The position numbers and the translations under genes were made by a program. The notes under the pieces are model-generated. The model was not told the DNA's origin, made no database searches, and saw only the letters and a program-made list of their open reading frames with translations. A DNA stretch of 64,000 nt from an uncultured Solirubrobacteraceae bacterium (GTDB taxonomy: Bacteria > Actinomycetota > Thermoleophilia > Solirubrobacterales > Solirubrobacteraceae), in NCBI GenBank assembly GCA_963768375.1, contig CAVYHO010000001.1, positions 20,136-84,135 of the forward strand, read 5' to 3'. Positions 36,940 to 46,588 of the stretch are shown piece by piece (position 1 is the stretch's first letter; the number at the start of each line of letters is the position of its first letter).

Positions 36940-38106
36940 CTACGCCGCCAGCGCCAACTGCGGGCGCGGCGGCGAGAACTCGCACTGGAGCGTGTGCAGG
37001 AGGCCTGCGAGGCCTTCGCGCTCGGAGGCGATCGCGCGCTGGCGGACCGCTCCCGGGTCCCCGGCCAGGTGCGCGAGCAGCGCCAGTTCGCGCTCGCAGC
37101 CGAGCGCGCGGGCGTGCGGCCAGCAGGCGTCGACGAGCGTCGCCAGCCGCCCGGCGGCCGGCACGCAACGGTCGCGGCACGGATCGAGCAACTGCGCGTG
37201 GATGCCGTCGCGGGCGGCCAGGAAGCGGTTCTCGTCGATCACTTCGGGCGCCAGCGACAGGCCGGGCTCGTCGAGCGCCTCCAGGCGCACCAGGCACTGG
37301 ACCAGCGCGGCGAGCGCCGCCGTGTCGCGGATCCGGGTCTGGGCGTCCATCACCCGCACTTCGAGCGTTCCGAACCGCGGTTGCAACCGCACGTCCCACC
37401 AGATGAACGTCGGCTCCGGGATCGCGCCGCAGCGGATCAGCACGTCGATCGCCTCGACGTAGTCCGCGTATCTGTCCATCGCGCGCGGGATGCCCGTGCG
37501 CGGGAAGGCCTGGAAGACGGGCGTGCGCGCCGAGGCCAGGCCGCTGTCGGTGCCGCGCGTGAACGGCGAGTTCGCCGACAGCGCGAGCAGCACCGGGATG
37601 TGCGCGCGCATGCCGTTGAGCGCGCGCACGGCGAGCTCCGCATCCGGCACCGCGACGTGGACGTGGAGCGCGAACGTCGGCTCGCGCCGGGCCAGCTCGC
37701 GCAGGCTCGCGTGCAGGTATTGGTAGCGGGCGCCGGGCGAGACCTCGACCTCCTCCGCGCGCACGGTCGGGTGCGTGCCCGCGACCGCCGCCCGCAGGCC
37801 GAGTGCGCGGACGGTCTCGGCGAGGCCGGCCCGCATCCCGCGCAGCTCGTTCGCGGCCGCGGAAACCGTCGTGTGCGGATTCGTCGCCAGCTCGAGCGCC
37901 AGCCCGTGCGTCTCGCCGCGCGTGTGCTCGGTGAGCTCCTCGGGGAGCGCGCGCAGCACGTCCTCGGAGCGCCATGCGGGCGAGCCGTCGGGCTCGAGCA
38001 GCATGACCTCTTCTTCCAGGCCGACCGTCCACGGGGCGGAGTCGGCATTCCAGTTCGCCCAGTCGGCCATATGCGTCCAGCGTGGCGGGTTCGGAGGCCA
38101 TTTCAC
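36940..38106 (-). CDS. YbdK/GCS2-family carboxylate-amine ligase
   Basis: TVGLEEE, AGTHP, LHVHV, LALSANSPF, WWDVR, TLEVRVMD. Confidence 0.92.
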   Translation of the reverse strand: MKWPPNPPRWTHMADWANWNADSAPWTVGLEEEVMLLEPDGSPAWRSEDVLRALPEELTEHTRGETHGLALELATNPHTTVSAAANELRGMRAGLAETVRALGLRAAVAGTHPTVRAEEVEVSPGARYQYLHASLRELARREPTFALHVHVAVPDAELAVRALNGMRAHIPVLLALSANSPFTRGTDSGLASARTPVFQAFPRTGIPRAMDRYADYVEAIDVLIRCGAIPEPTFIWWDVRLQPRFGTLEVRVMDAQTRIRDTAALAALVQCLVRLEALDEPGLSLAPEVIDENRFLAARDGIHAQLLDPCRDRCVPAAGRLATLVDACWPHARALGCERELALLAHLAGDPGAVRQRAIASEREGLAGLLHTLQCEFSPPRPQLALAA

Positions 38107-38144
38107 TCCGCCCCGCGGTCCAGTCTCGATCGCCCGGGAGTCGA

Positions 38145-38187
38145 TTGGTGTTGTAATGACACCATCTTGGTGTCATACTGATGCCAT
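38145..38187. promoter_or_regulatory. Operator array with core palindrome ATGACACCA-TCT-TGGTGTCAT (38156..38176)
   Basis: Perfect 9-3-9 inverted repeat plus flanking degenerate boxes, upstream of an RHH-type gene. Confidence 0.7.
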
Positions 38188-38188
38188 C

Positions 38189-38605
38189 ATGAACCTAACC
38201 CCCTATGTGACGCGCTTTCCCGAGGAGCACGAAGCCGCGCTCCGGCTGATGCTGCTCGAGGCGCTCTCCGAGGCCGCCGACGAGATCACCCGCGAGCTTG
38301 CTCCGGGTTCCGTCGAGTTGCGCCTGCGGTCCGGCGAGGCCGAGTTCGCCGTCGCCCAGCCGCCCGCCGCCGAGCCCGACGAGGCCGCGGCCGAGCCGCC
38401 CGAGATCGAAGAGGCCGCGACCGCCCGCATCAACCTCCGCCTGCCCGAGCGCCTCAAGGAGGGCGTCGAGGAGGCCGCCGCCCGCGAGCGGCTGTCCGTC
38501 AACTCCTGGCTCGTGCGTGCCATCGCCTCGGCGCTGGCGCAGGGCGAGCGTCCGCGGTCCGCTAAGGGGCGGATCGGCCAGTCCTACACCGGATGGGTGC
38601 GCTAA
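38189..38605 (+). CDS. HicB-like/ribbon-helix-helix DNA-binding protein
   Basis: ARINLRLPERLKEGVEEAAARERLSVNSWLVRAI; C-terminal YTGWVR. Confidence 0.82.
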   Translation: MNLTPYVTRFPEEHEAALRLMLLEALSEAADEITRELAPGSVELRLRSGEAEFAVAQPPAAEPDEAAAEPPEIEEAATARINLRLPERLKEGVEEAAARERLSVNSWLVRAIASALAQGERPRSAKGRIGQSYTGWVR

Positions 38606-39453
38606 TGCCTTCCTTCGACACCCGCGAACCGATCTCCGCCACGGTCGACGTCGTCACCGGCGACGTCCGCATCACCGCCGGTGATGTCGCCACCACCGTC
38701 GTGGAAGTGAGGCCTTCAGATGCGTCCAACCAAGAGGATGTGCGCGCCGCCGAGCAGACCCGCGTCGAGTACGCCGACGGGCAGCTGCTCGTGAAGGCAC
38801 CAAAGTGGCGCCAGTGGTCGCCGCGCAGCCACGGCGGCTCGATCGACGTCACGATCGAGCTGCCCGCCGGCTCGCAGCTGAAGGCCACGAGCGCGATGGC
38901 CGACTTCGACGTCACCGGCCGCCTCGGCGACGCCCGGCTGAAGTCCGGGCTGGGCCGGATCGAGCTGGACATCGCGGCGAAGCTGAACGTCCACAGCGGA
39001 GCCGGCGACATCATCGTCGGTCACGCGACCGGGCACGCCGAGATCTCCACCGGCACCGGTGAGATCCGGATCGGCACGCTCGACGGCAGCGCTGTGATCA
39101 AGAACTCCAACGGCGCCACGTCCGTCGGCGTCGCCGGCGGTGACCTGCGCGTCAAGGCCGCCAACGGCAGCATCGCGGTTGACGTGGCGGAGGCCAGCGT
39201 GGTCGCGAAGTCGTCGCTCGGCGACGTCCGCGTCGGCGCGGTCGTGCGCGGCTCGGCGGTGCTCGAGACCAGCACCGGCGACGTCGAGGTCGGCATCCGG
39301 GCGGGCTCTGCGGCGTGGCTCGACGTCGACGCCCGCGCCGGCCGCGTGCACAACATGCTCGATGCGGCCGACGCGCCCGGCGCGACCGACGAGAAGGTCG
39401 AGATCCGCGCGCGCACGAGCCTCGGCGACGTGGCCATCCGGAGGGCGGCATGA
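38605..39453 (+). CDS. DUF4097 beta-strand-repeat protein
   Basis: MPSFDTREPI start; repeated xSxGDI/V motifs. Confidence 0.85.
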   Translation: MPSFDTREPISATVDVVTGDVRITAGDVATTVVEVRPSDASNQEDVRAAEQTRVEYADGQLLVKAPKWRQWSPRSHGGSIDVTIELPAGSQLKATSAMADFDVTGRLGDARLKSGLGRIELDIAAKLNVHSGAGDIIVGHATGHAEISTGTGEIRIGTLDGSAVIKNSNGATSVGVAGGDLRVKAANGSIAVDVAEASVVAKSSLGDVRVGAVVRGSAVLETSTGDVEVGIRAGSAAWLDVDARAGRVHNMLDAADAPGATDEKVEIRARTSLGDVAIRRAA

Positions 39454-40196
39454 TCCGGCCCGCCTCCGCGATCGTCGCGCTCGGACTGCGCAAGTCCTAC
39501 GACGACAACCTGGTCCTCGACGGCGTCGATCTTGACGTCGCCGAGGGCACCGTCTTCGCGCTGCTCGGCCCGAACGGGGCCGGCAAGACGACGATCGTGC
39601 AGATCCTCTCCACCTTGATCGGCTTCGACGACGGCACCGTGCGGGTCGCCGGCCGCGACCCGGTCGGCGACCCGGACGGCGTGCGCGCCGCGATCGGCGT
39701 GACCGGCCAGTTCTCCGCCGTGGACAACCTGCTGACCGGCGAGGAGAACCTGATCCTGATGGCCGACCTGCACCGGGTCGGCCGCGCCGAGGGCCGGCGC
39801 CGCGCGGCGCGGCTGCTCGAGCAGTTCGACCTCGTCGACGCCGCGAAGAAGCCGGCTTCGACCTACTCCGGTGGGATGCGCCGCCGGCTGGACATCGCGA
39901 TGACGCTGGTCGGCGACCCGCGGATCATCTTCCTCGACGAGCCGTCCACCGGGCTGGACCCGCGCAGCCGCCGCCAGATGTGGGAGATCATCCGCGGCCT
40001 CGTCGCCGGCGGCACCACGATCTTCCTGACCACGCAGTACCTCGAAGAGGCCGATCAGCTGGCCGACCGGATCGCGCTGCTCGACGACGGCAAGATCGTC
40101 GCCGAGGGCACGTCCGAGGAGCTCAAGCAGCTCATTCCGCCGCCGAGCCTGCGCCCGCCCACACTCGACGACGTCTTCCTGGCCCTGACCCAATGA
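39450..40196 (+). CDS. DrrA-like ABC exporter ATPase
   Basis: GPNGAGKT, YSGGMRRRLD, FLDEPSTGLDP. Confidence 0.93.
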   Translation: MIRPASAIVALGLRKSYDDNLVLDGVDLDVAEGTVFALLGPNGAGKTTIVQILSTLIGFDDGTVRVAGRDPVGDPDGVRAAIGVTGQFSAVDNLLTGEENLILMADLHRVGRAEGRRRAARLLEQFDLVDAAKKPASTYSGGMRRRLDIAMTLVGDPRIIFLDEPSTGLDPRSRRQMWEIIRGLVAGGTTIFLTTQYLEEADQLADRIALLDDGKIVAEGTSEELKQLIPPPSLRPPTLDDVFLALTQ

Positions 40197-40954
40197 CCTA
40201 CGCACTCACAGACTCGGCGACGATGCTTCGCCGCAACCTCCGGCACGCGCTGCGCTACCCGTCGATGACGTTCGCGACGCTGGCGTCGCCGGTGATCATG
40301 CTGCTGCTGTTCAACTACGCCTTCGGCGGCGCGCTGGAGGCCGGCATCGGCGGCGGCGCCTACATCGACTACATCGCGCCGGGAATCATTCTCGTGGGCG
40401 CCACGGCCGGCTCGGTCGCGACCGCCGTCGCCGTCTGCGTCGACATGACCGAGGGGATCGTGAACCGGTTCCGGACGATGGCGATCAGCCGCGGCTCGAT
40501 CCTCACCGGGCACGTCATCGGCAGCGCCATCCAGACCATGGCGAGCGTGCTGATCGTGATCGTGGTCGCGCTGGCGATCGGGTTCCGGCCGTCGGCGAGC
40601 GCGCTCGACTGGCTGGGCGTGATCGGCCTGCTGACGCTGGTGACGTTCGCGCTCACGTGGCTCTCGGCCGCGTTCGGCGTGACGGCCAAGAACCCCGAGG
40701 CGGCGAGCAACGCGCCCACGCCGCTGCTGTTCCTGCCGCTGCTCGGCTCCGCGATCGTTCCGACCGAGACGATGCCGACCGCGATGCGGTACTTCGCCGA
40801 GTACCAGCCGTTCACGCCGATCATCGAAACGCTGCGCGGCCTCTTGATGGGAACCGCGATCGGCGACAGCTGGATCTGGGCCCTCGGCTGGTGCGCCGTG
40901 ATCGGCGTCGGCGGCTACCTGTGGGCGCGCGCCGCGTTCGCGCGGGAACCCTAG
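40193..40954 (+). CDS. DrrB-like ABC-2 permease
   Basis: YIDYIAPGI, GIVNRFRTMAISR, YQPFTPIIETLRGL. Confidence 0.9.
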   Translation: MTYALTDSATMLRRNLRHALRYPSMTFATLASPVIMLLLFNYAFGGALEAGIGGGAYIDYIAPGIILVGATAGSVATAVAVCVDMTEGIVNRFRTMAISRGSILTGHVIGSAIQTMASVLIVIVVALAIGFRPSASALDWLGVIGLLTLVTFALTWLSAAFGVTAKNPEAASNAPTPLLFLPLLGSAIVPTETMPTAMRYFAEYQPFTPIIETLRGLLMGTAIGDSWIWALGWCAVIGVGGYLWARAAFAREP

Positions 40955-41025
40955 GACCGGCGGTCGACGCGGCTTGTACGGCCGGTACCGGTTGCGCAGT
41001 GCATCCGGACCGTACATTCGCTCTC

Positions 41026-41766
41026 ATGGGACGTGGACGTCCACCGCAGATCGTGGCCTACGGCGGCGGCGGCTTCTCGATGGAGCCGGGCAATCCGCTG
41101 CTCGATTCCTACGTGCTGTCGCTGTGCCGGCGCAAGAAGCCGCGCGTGTGCTTCTTCCCGTCGGCCAGCGGCGACGCGGACCATTACGTGGTCCGGTTCT
41201 ACCGCCACTTCTCCAGCGAGGTGTGCGACCCCTCGCACATCTCGCTGTTCCGGCGTGACTGCGGGCCCGGTGCGGTCCGCGAGCACCTGCTCAAACAGGA
41301 CCTGATCTACGTCGGTGGCGGCTCGATCCTGTCGCTGCTGGGCGTCTGGCGGGCGCACGGGATCGACGAAGACCTGCGCGCGGCATGGCAGTCGGGCGTG
41401 ATCCTGTGCGGCGTGTCCGCCGGGTCGCTGTGCTGGTTCGCGTCGGGGTTGACGGCGTACCACCACGACGCCAAGCCGTACGCCGGCCTCGGCTTCCTCC
41501 CGCACTCCAACGCCGTGCACTACGAGGAGGAATCCAATCGGCGGCCGGCGTACCACGCGGCGCTGCTGGACGGGATGCCCGCCGGCTACGCGGCGTCGGA
41601 CGGCGCGGCGCTCCACTTCGTCGGCGAGGACCTGCACCGGGTCGTGCTCTCGCGGCCGGACGCGCGCGCGTATCGCGTGGAGGCCGTCGGCGAGGACGTC
41701 GTCGAACTGCCGCTGGAGGCCACCTACCTCGGCGAGCGGCCGCCGATCGCGCTTGCCGCCGCGTAA
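41026..41766 (+). CDS. pepE: Peptidase E (S51 family)
   Basis: GGGGFSME, PSASGD, YVGGGS, GVSAGS, NAVHY. Confidence 0.88.
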   Translation: MGRGRPPQIVAYGGGGFSMEPGNPLLDSYVLSLCRRKKPRVCFFPSASGDADHYVVRFYRHFSSEVCDPSHISLFRRDCGPGAVREHLLKQDLIYVGGGSILSLLGVWRAHGIDEDLRAAWQSGVILCGVSAGSLCWFASGLTAYHHDAKPYAGLGFLPHSNAVHYEEESNRRPAYHAALLDGMPAGYAASDGAALHFVGEDLHRVVLSRPDARAYRVEAVGEDVVELPLEATYLGERPPIALAAA

Positions 41767-42514
41767 CACCATCCTCGCCATGGGCGGGGGCGGCTTCAGC
41801 ATGGAGCCGGAGAACCCCGCGCTCGACGACTACGTGCTCGGCCTCGCCGGCGTGCCGATGCCGCGGATCTGCCTGCTGCCGACGGCGTCCGGCGACGGCG
41901 AGTCGCAGATCCGCCAATTCCACGCGACGTTCGGGGCACGCGCGTGCGAGCCGATCCACATCTCGCTGTTCAGGCTCGGCCGCCGGCCGATCCCGCTGCG
42001 CGAGACGCTGCTGGCGCAGGACATCGTGTACGTCGGCGGGGGCTCGATGCTGGGGCTGCTCGCAGTGTGGCGCGCGCTCGGCCTGGACCGGATCCTGCGC
42101 GAGTGCTGGGAGTCCGGCGTCGTGCTGGCCGGGCTGTCAGCGGGCGCGATGTGCTGGTTCGAGTGGGGGGTCACGACGTCGATGGGCACGGCGGCCACGT
42201 CGCCCGGGCTGGGCTTCCTGCCCGGGTCGCTGTCGGTCCACGCCGACGGTGAACCGCGCCGGCTGCCGGTGTGCCGCGCGGCGGTCGCCGACGGGACGAT
42301 CCCGCCGGGCTACGCCGCCGACGACGGCGTCGCGCTGCTGTTCCGCGGGCTGGAACTGGAGGAAGTGGTGAGCTCGCGGCCCGGCCGGCGCGCGCTGCGG
42401 ATCGATCGCGACGGCGAGACGGCGCTCAAGCCGCGGGTGCTCGCGAAGCCGGACCGCTTCGGTCCGGCTCCGGAGATCGCCGAGTTTCGCGCCGTGCGGG
42501 CGCTCAGGCCGTAG
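41753..42514 (+). CDS. pepE: Peptidase E (S51 family), second paralog
   Basis: GGGGFSME, PTASGD, YVGGGS, GLSAGA, LSVHA. Confidence 0.88.
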   Translation: MPPRNTILAMGGGGFSMEPENPALDDYVLGLAGVPMPRICLLPTASGDGESQIRQFHATFGARACEPIHISLFRLGRRPIPLRETLLAQDIVYVGGGSMLGLLAVWRALGLDRILRECWESGVVLAGLSAGAMCWFEWGVTTSMGTAATSPGLGFLPGSLSVHADGEPRRLPVCRAAVADGTIPPGYAADDGVALLFRGLELEEVVSSRPGRRALRIDRDGETALKPRVLAKPDRFGPAPEIAEFRAVRALRP

Positions 42515-42767
42515 ACGGCTCGCCGCCGCTCCGGCTGCGAACGATCTTGACCGCCGCCAGCGTGGCGATCCCGGCGCCGAGGACGAGCGGAATCCGCTTC
42601 ACGACCGGCGTCCGCTTGGCGACCTGGTAGACGGCGGTGCCCTTCGCGGCCTTCTTGGCGCCCTTGCCGGCGCCCTTGGCCGTCTTGGAGACGGCCTTGA
42701 CCTTGAGGTAGTCGGCCGCCAGTTCGGCGACCTGCTGCTTGCGGCTCTTTTGTTTTCTGAGGGCCAT
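42504..42767 (-). CDS. Small Lys-rich protein with a C-terminal hydrophobic segment
   Basis: TAGGTT-N6-ATG leaderless arrangement; fills the gap between neighbouring genes. Confidence 0.65.
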   Translation of the reverse strand: MALRKQKSRKQQVAELAADYLKVKAVSKTAKGAGKGAKKAAKGTAVYQVAKRTPVVKRIPLVLGAGIATLAAVKIVRSRSGGEPSTA

Positions 42768-42785
42768 AGAACGAACCTACCCAGA

Positions 42786-44414
42786 TCAGAGCGCCGCAAG
42801 AACCTTTGGTGCCACCTGCTTCTTCCGGCTCATGACGCCGGGCAACGGGATCACGCCGTCGGACGCGTCCACGCCGAACGCCTGCTCCAGCGGCCCGGCG
42901 TCGCCCGACACGTACAGCTCGGTGTCCTTGGCCAGGATGTCGGTCACCATCAGTGCGAACAGCGCGTAGCCGCGGCGCTCGCGCGCCTCGCGCATCGCCT
43001 CCAGCAACTCCTTGCGACGCTCGTCCAAACCCTGACCGACGGTCTCGACCTGCGCGATCGCGATCGTCTGGCCGCCGTCGACCTCGTACTCCTTGGCGTC
43101 CCGGGTCACGATCGCGTCGGCGGACACGCCGGCCAGGTCCGACGTGGCGACGAACATGTCGCGGCCGAACTCCAGCGCCTCCACCGCCAGCACCCGTTCG
43201 AGGTACTCGACCGCGGCGCGATCGCGCTCGGTCGTGGTGGGCGAGTTGAGGATGACCGTGTCGGAGAGGATCGCGCCGAGCAGCAGGACCGCCGTCGAGC
43301 GGCTCGGCTCCATGCCGTTCTGGCGGAAGCGCTCGATCACCAGGGTCGCCGTGGAACCGACCGGGTCGAACGTGGCCCGTACCGGGATCGTGGTCTCGAT
43401 CGAGCCGATGTGATGGTGGTCGAGGATCTCGATGATCTCGGCCTGCTCGACGCCTGGCACGCTCTGGGCCTGCTCGGCGTGGTCGACCAGCAGCACGCGC
43501 CGGGGCGTCGGGTTGACGAGGTCCGAGCGCGTGATCAGCCCAATCGGGTGCCGGCGCGAGTCGACCGCGACGGCGGCGCGGTAGTGCACCTCCTTGACCT
43601 CGTCGGCGATGTCGGAGAGCAGATCGTCGGGGTGCACGGTCAGCGGGTGCGGATTGATCAGTGCCCGGCACGGCGCCGACAGCGTGATCATCCGGCTGGT
43701 GATGTAGCTGTCCAGCGGCGAGGACACCACCACGACCCCGCGCTCGCCGGCGAGCGTCAGCAGCTCATCCGTGGGCACCGTCTCGTTGCTCGTGACCAGC
43801 AGCCCGACGCGGAGATCGATCGCGGCGCGCTGCGCGTCGTCGCGGTCGCCGACGACGGCGACGTCGCCCGCACCGATCTCGCTCGGCAGCGAGCCGACGT
43901 CCATCGCCAGGCACCAGATCTGGCCCGACACATCGGCGGACTCGTCCCCACACACGATCCGGCCGCCGAGCACGCGCGCGATCGCGCTCACGTTCGTCGG
44001 CGCGTCCAGCTCGGACGGCTCGCGCGATTCGCGGATGTAGCGCCGCGCCAGCGAGCGCTCGGTCAGCACGCCCGCCAGCACACCGTCGTCGTCGACGATC
44101 GGCACCAGGTCGAGGTCCTCGTTGGCCATCAGCCGGCCGACCTCGCGCACCGGTTCGCCGGCTCCGGCCTGTGGGAACTCGCGCCGCATCACGTCGCTGA
44201 CCCGCAGCATCACGTGCGCGAGGAACTCCGGCTCCGGCGCGGCCGCGCGCCGGAGCACCCAGCGGGTCTGCTCGTTGACCTCCCCGAGCCGCACCGGCAC
44301 GTACTCGTTGCGCGGATCGACGCGGCGCATCAGCTCGGCGTAGCCGACGGCGGACGCGATCGAGTCCGTGTCCGGGTTGCGATGACCCGTGACGTAGATG
44401 ACGGGAAGAGCGAT
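42786..44414 (-). CDS. ppaC: Mn-dependent family II inorganic pyrophosphatase with CBS-DRTGG insert; no canonical start codon
   Basis: IYVTGHRNPDTDS lies upstream of the ORF-track start; VGDR, LVDHAE, ILDHH, VGSTAT, ILSDT, SRKKQ. Confidence 0.9.
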   Translation of the reverse strand: MALPVIYVTGHRNPDTDSIASAVGYAELMRRVDPRNEYVPVRLGEVNEQTRWVLRRAAAPEPEFLAHVMLRVSDVMRREFPQAGAGEPVREVGRLMANEDLDLVPIVDDDGVLAGVLTERSLARRYIRESREPSELDAPTNVSAIARVLGGRIVCGDESADVSGQIWCLAMDVGSLPSEIGAGDVAVVGDRDDAQRAAIDLRVGLLVTSNETVPTDELLTLAGERGVVVVSSPLDSYITSRMITLSAPCRALINPHPLTVHPDDLLSDIADEVKEVHYRAAVAVDSRRHPIGLITRSDLVNPTPRRVLLVDHAEQAQSVPGVEQAEIIEILDHHHIGSIETTIPVRATFDPVGSTATLVIERFRQNGMEPSRSTAVLLLGAILSDTVILNSPTTTERDRAAVEYLERVLAVEALEFGRDMFVATSDLAGVSADAIVTRDAKEYEVDGGQTIAIAQVETVGQGLDERRKELLEAMREARERRGYALFALMVTDILAKDTELYVSGDAGPLEQAFGVDASDGVIPLPGVMSRKKQVAPKVLAAL

Positions 44415-44585
44415 CCGCGGAGGATAAGCCTCCGACTCCGAGCGGCCCGGCCGGCCATGGCCGGGCCGCGGGGAGAAGGTGGCGCCCTTGTCCAGGAGGG
44501 GGGTCCCGCAAGGGGCGCCTGTTCCGGTCCTCGGCGGTGCATACGCACAAGGGTCCGATCCGGTTCAGTCACATCGCCCACGCGG

Positions 44586-44623
44586 CGATTGCCGCTTCCG
44601 GGCGGTTCGGATATACAGCGCAA
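44586..44623 (+). repeat. 38-bp upstream element shared by both kinase genes
   Basis: 33/38 identical to 47240..47277. Confidence 0.85.
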
Positions 44624-46588
44624 ATGCGGGACCTCGCTCCCGGCACGGTCGTGGCCGGATACCGGATCGAGTCTCTCGTTGGCCGGGGCGGGATGGGGGT
44701 CGTCTATCGCGCGGTCCAGCTCGACCTCGAGCGGGTCGTGGCCCTGAAGGTGATCGCACCCGAGTTGCTCGACGACGACGACGTGCGGGCGCGGTTTCTG
44801 ACCGAGGCGCGTGCGGCGGCCAGCGTCGACCATCCGAACGTGATCCCGGTGCACGCGGCCGGCGAAGACGACGGGGTCGCGTACATCGCGATGCGGTTCG
44901 TGGCCGGTGACGACCTGCGCGCGCTGGTTCGCTACGGCGGCCCGTTCGATCCTGCCGGGGCGGCGGCGATCGTCGCGCAGGCCGCCGCCGCGCTCGACGC
45001 GATCCACCGGGCCGGGTTCGTGCACCGCGATGTCAAGCCGGCGAACCTGCTCGTCGATCGCGACAGCCACGTGTATCTGACCGATTTCGGCCTGGCAAAG
45101 GCCGTGTTAACCCGCACCGGCGGGACGCGCACGGGTCAGTGGGTCGGGACGCTCGACTACGTGTCGCCGGAGCAGATCCGCGGCGGGCGGATCGACGCGC
45201 GCGCCGACGTGTACGCGCTCGGTGGCGTCCTGCACTTCGCGCTCACCGGCCGCGTGCCGTTCGACCGCGAGGGCGACGAGGCGAAGTTGTGGGCGCAGTT
45301 GTCAGCACCCCCGCCGGTGCCGTCGGCGGTCCGTAGTGGGCTACCGGCGCAATTCGACCTCGCGGTCGCGCGCGCGATGGCGAAGGAGCCGGACGAGCGC
45401 TACCCGTCGGCGGGCGACCTCGGCCGTGCCGCACGCGCCGCCGCGTCCGGCCGCGCTCCCAGCGAGCCGGAGCGGATGGTGGCGCGCGGCGCCGCCGCTC
45501 CGGGGGCGGCGCCGACGGAGCCGGGCCTGGCCGCCGACGCGTCGACGCGCACCGCCGCGCAGTTCGCGGCCAAGCGCCCGCGCCGCAGGCGCGCTCCGCT
45601 CCTGGTCGCCGGCGGACTGCTGCTGGCGGTCGTCGGCGCGGTCGTCGCGACCGCGCTGGTCATGCGCGAGGACCCACCGGGCGCCGCGGCCCTCCCGCGG
45701 CCGACCGCGACTGCGGACGCGTTGCCGCGCGCGGTGGCGACGATCGAGCGCGTGGGCGACCGCCCGGACGGGATCGCGCTGGCCGGCGGCGACCTGTGGG
45801 TCATCAGCTCCCGCCAGCCCGCCCTGACGCGGGTGGTCGCGGCGACCGGACGGGAGCGGCGCGGACATCCCCGAGTTGGACACGGGGCGAGCGCGATCGT
45901 GGCCTACGGCGACAGCGTGTGGGTGGCCGTCGACGACGGGACGAGCAACGCCATCCTGCGCCTTGATGCCCGCACCGGCCAGGAGCGCTCGCGGATCTCG
46001 GTCCCCGCCAGCCCACGGCGTTTGGCCGTCGACAGCAGCGGCGTCTGGGTCGGGACGGGCTCGAACGTCGGGCAGCCCGGCATGGTGCTGCGCTACGACC
46101 TCGAGAGCGAGGAGCTGCTGAAACGGCTTGACGTGCGAGAGGGCGTCGGCGGGCTGCTGGCGGCGCCGGGGACGATCTGGGTCGTCAAGCGCGACACGAA
46201 CAAGCTCGCGCGCATGAAGCCGGACGCGGACGTTCTGACCGACTGGGCGACGCTGCCGGGCCGCGTCGCGAGCATGAGCTACGCCGACACCGCGGTGTGG
46301 GCGATCCTGGAGGACCAGGACACGATCGTCCGCGTCGGTGCCGACGACGGCCGTCTCGTCCAGCGAGCGGCCGGCAGCGATCCGACGCAGTCGATCCAGG
46401 CCGGCCGGCGCGTGTACGTCGTCAGCCGCAACACCAGCGCCGTGCTCGTGCTCGACCCGTTCACGCTGGAGCCCACGCACGAGCCGATCGGCGTCGGGCT
46501 CAACCCCTTCGCGCTGGTCGCCGACGAGCAGTCGATCTGGGTCACCGGACTCGGCGACAACACGCTCACGCAGCTCCGCTACCGCTGA
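44624..46588 (+). CDS. Hanks-type Ser/Thr kinase, TM helix, extracellular beta-propeller
   Basis: GRGGMG, ALK, HRDVKPAN, DFG, SPE, DVYALG; repeated xxWV blades. Confidence 0.93.
   Translation: MRDLAPGTVVAGYRIESLVGRGGMGVVYRAVQLDLERVVALKVIAPELLDDDDVRARFLTEARAAASVDHPNVIPVHAAGEDDGVAYIAMRFVAGDDLRALVRYGGPFDPAGAAAIVAQAAAALDAIHRAGFVHRDVKPANLLVDRDSHVYLTDFGLAKAVLTRTGGTRTGQWVGTLDYVSPEQIRGGRIDARADVYALGGVLHFALTGRVPFDREGDEAKLWAQLSAPPPVPSAVRSGLPAQFDLAVARAMAKEPDERYPSAGDLGRAARAAASGRAPSEPERMVARGAAAPGAAPTEPGLAADASTRTAAQFAAKRPRRRRAPLLVAGGLLLAVVGAVVATALVMREDPPGAAALPRPTATADALPRAVATIERVGDRPDGIALAGGDLWVISSRQPALTRVVAATGRERRGHPRVGHGASAIVAYGDSVWVAVDDGTSNAILRLDARTGQERSRISVPASPRRLAVDSSGVWVGTGSNVGQPGMVLRYDLESEELLKRLDVREGVGGLLAAPGTIWVVKRDTNKLARMKPDADVLTDWATLPGRVASMSYADTAVWAILEDQDTIVRVGADDGRLVQRAAGSDPTQSIQAGRRVYVVSRNTSAVLVLDPFTLEPTHEPIGVGLNPFALVADEQSIWVTGLGDNTLTQLRYR

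Noticed and set aside
38189-38605. HicAB toxin-antitoxin system
   Set aside because: No HicA-like toxin adjacent; the context is a transporter operon
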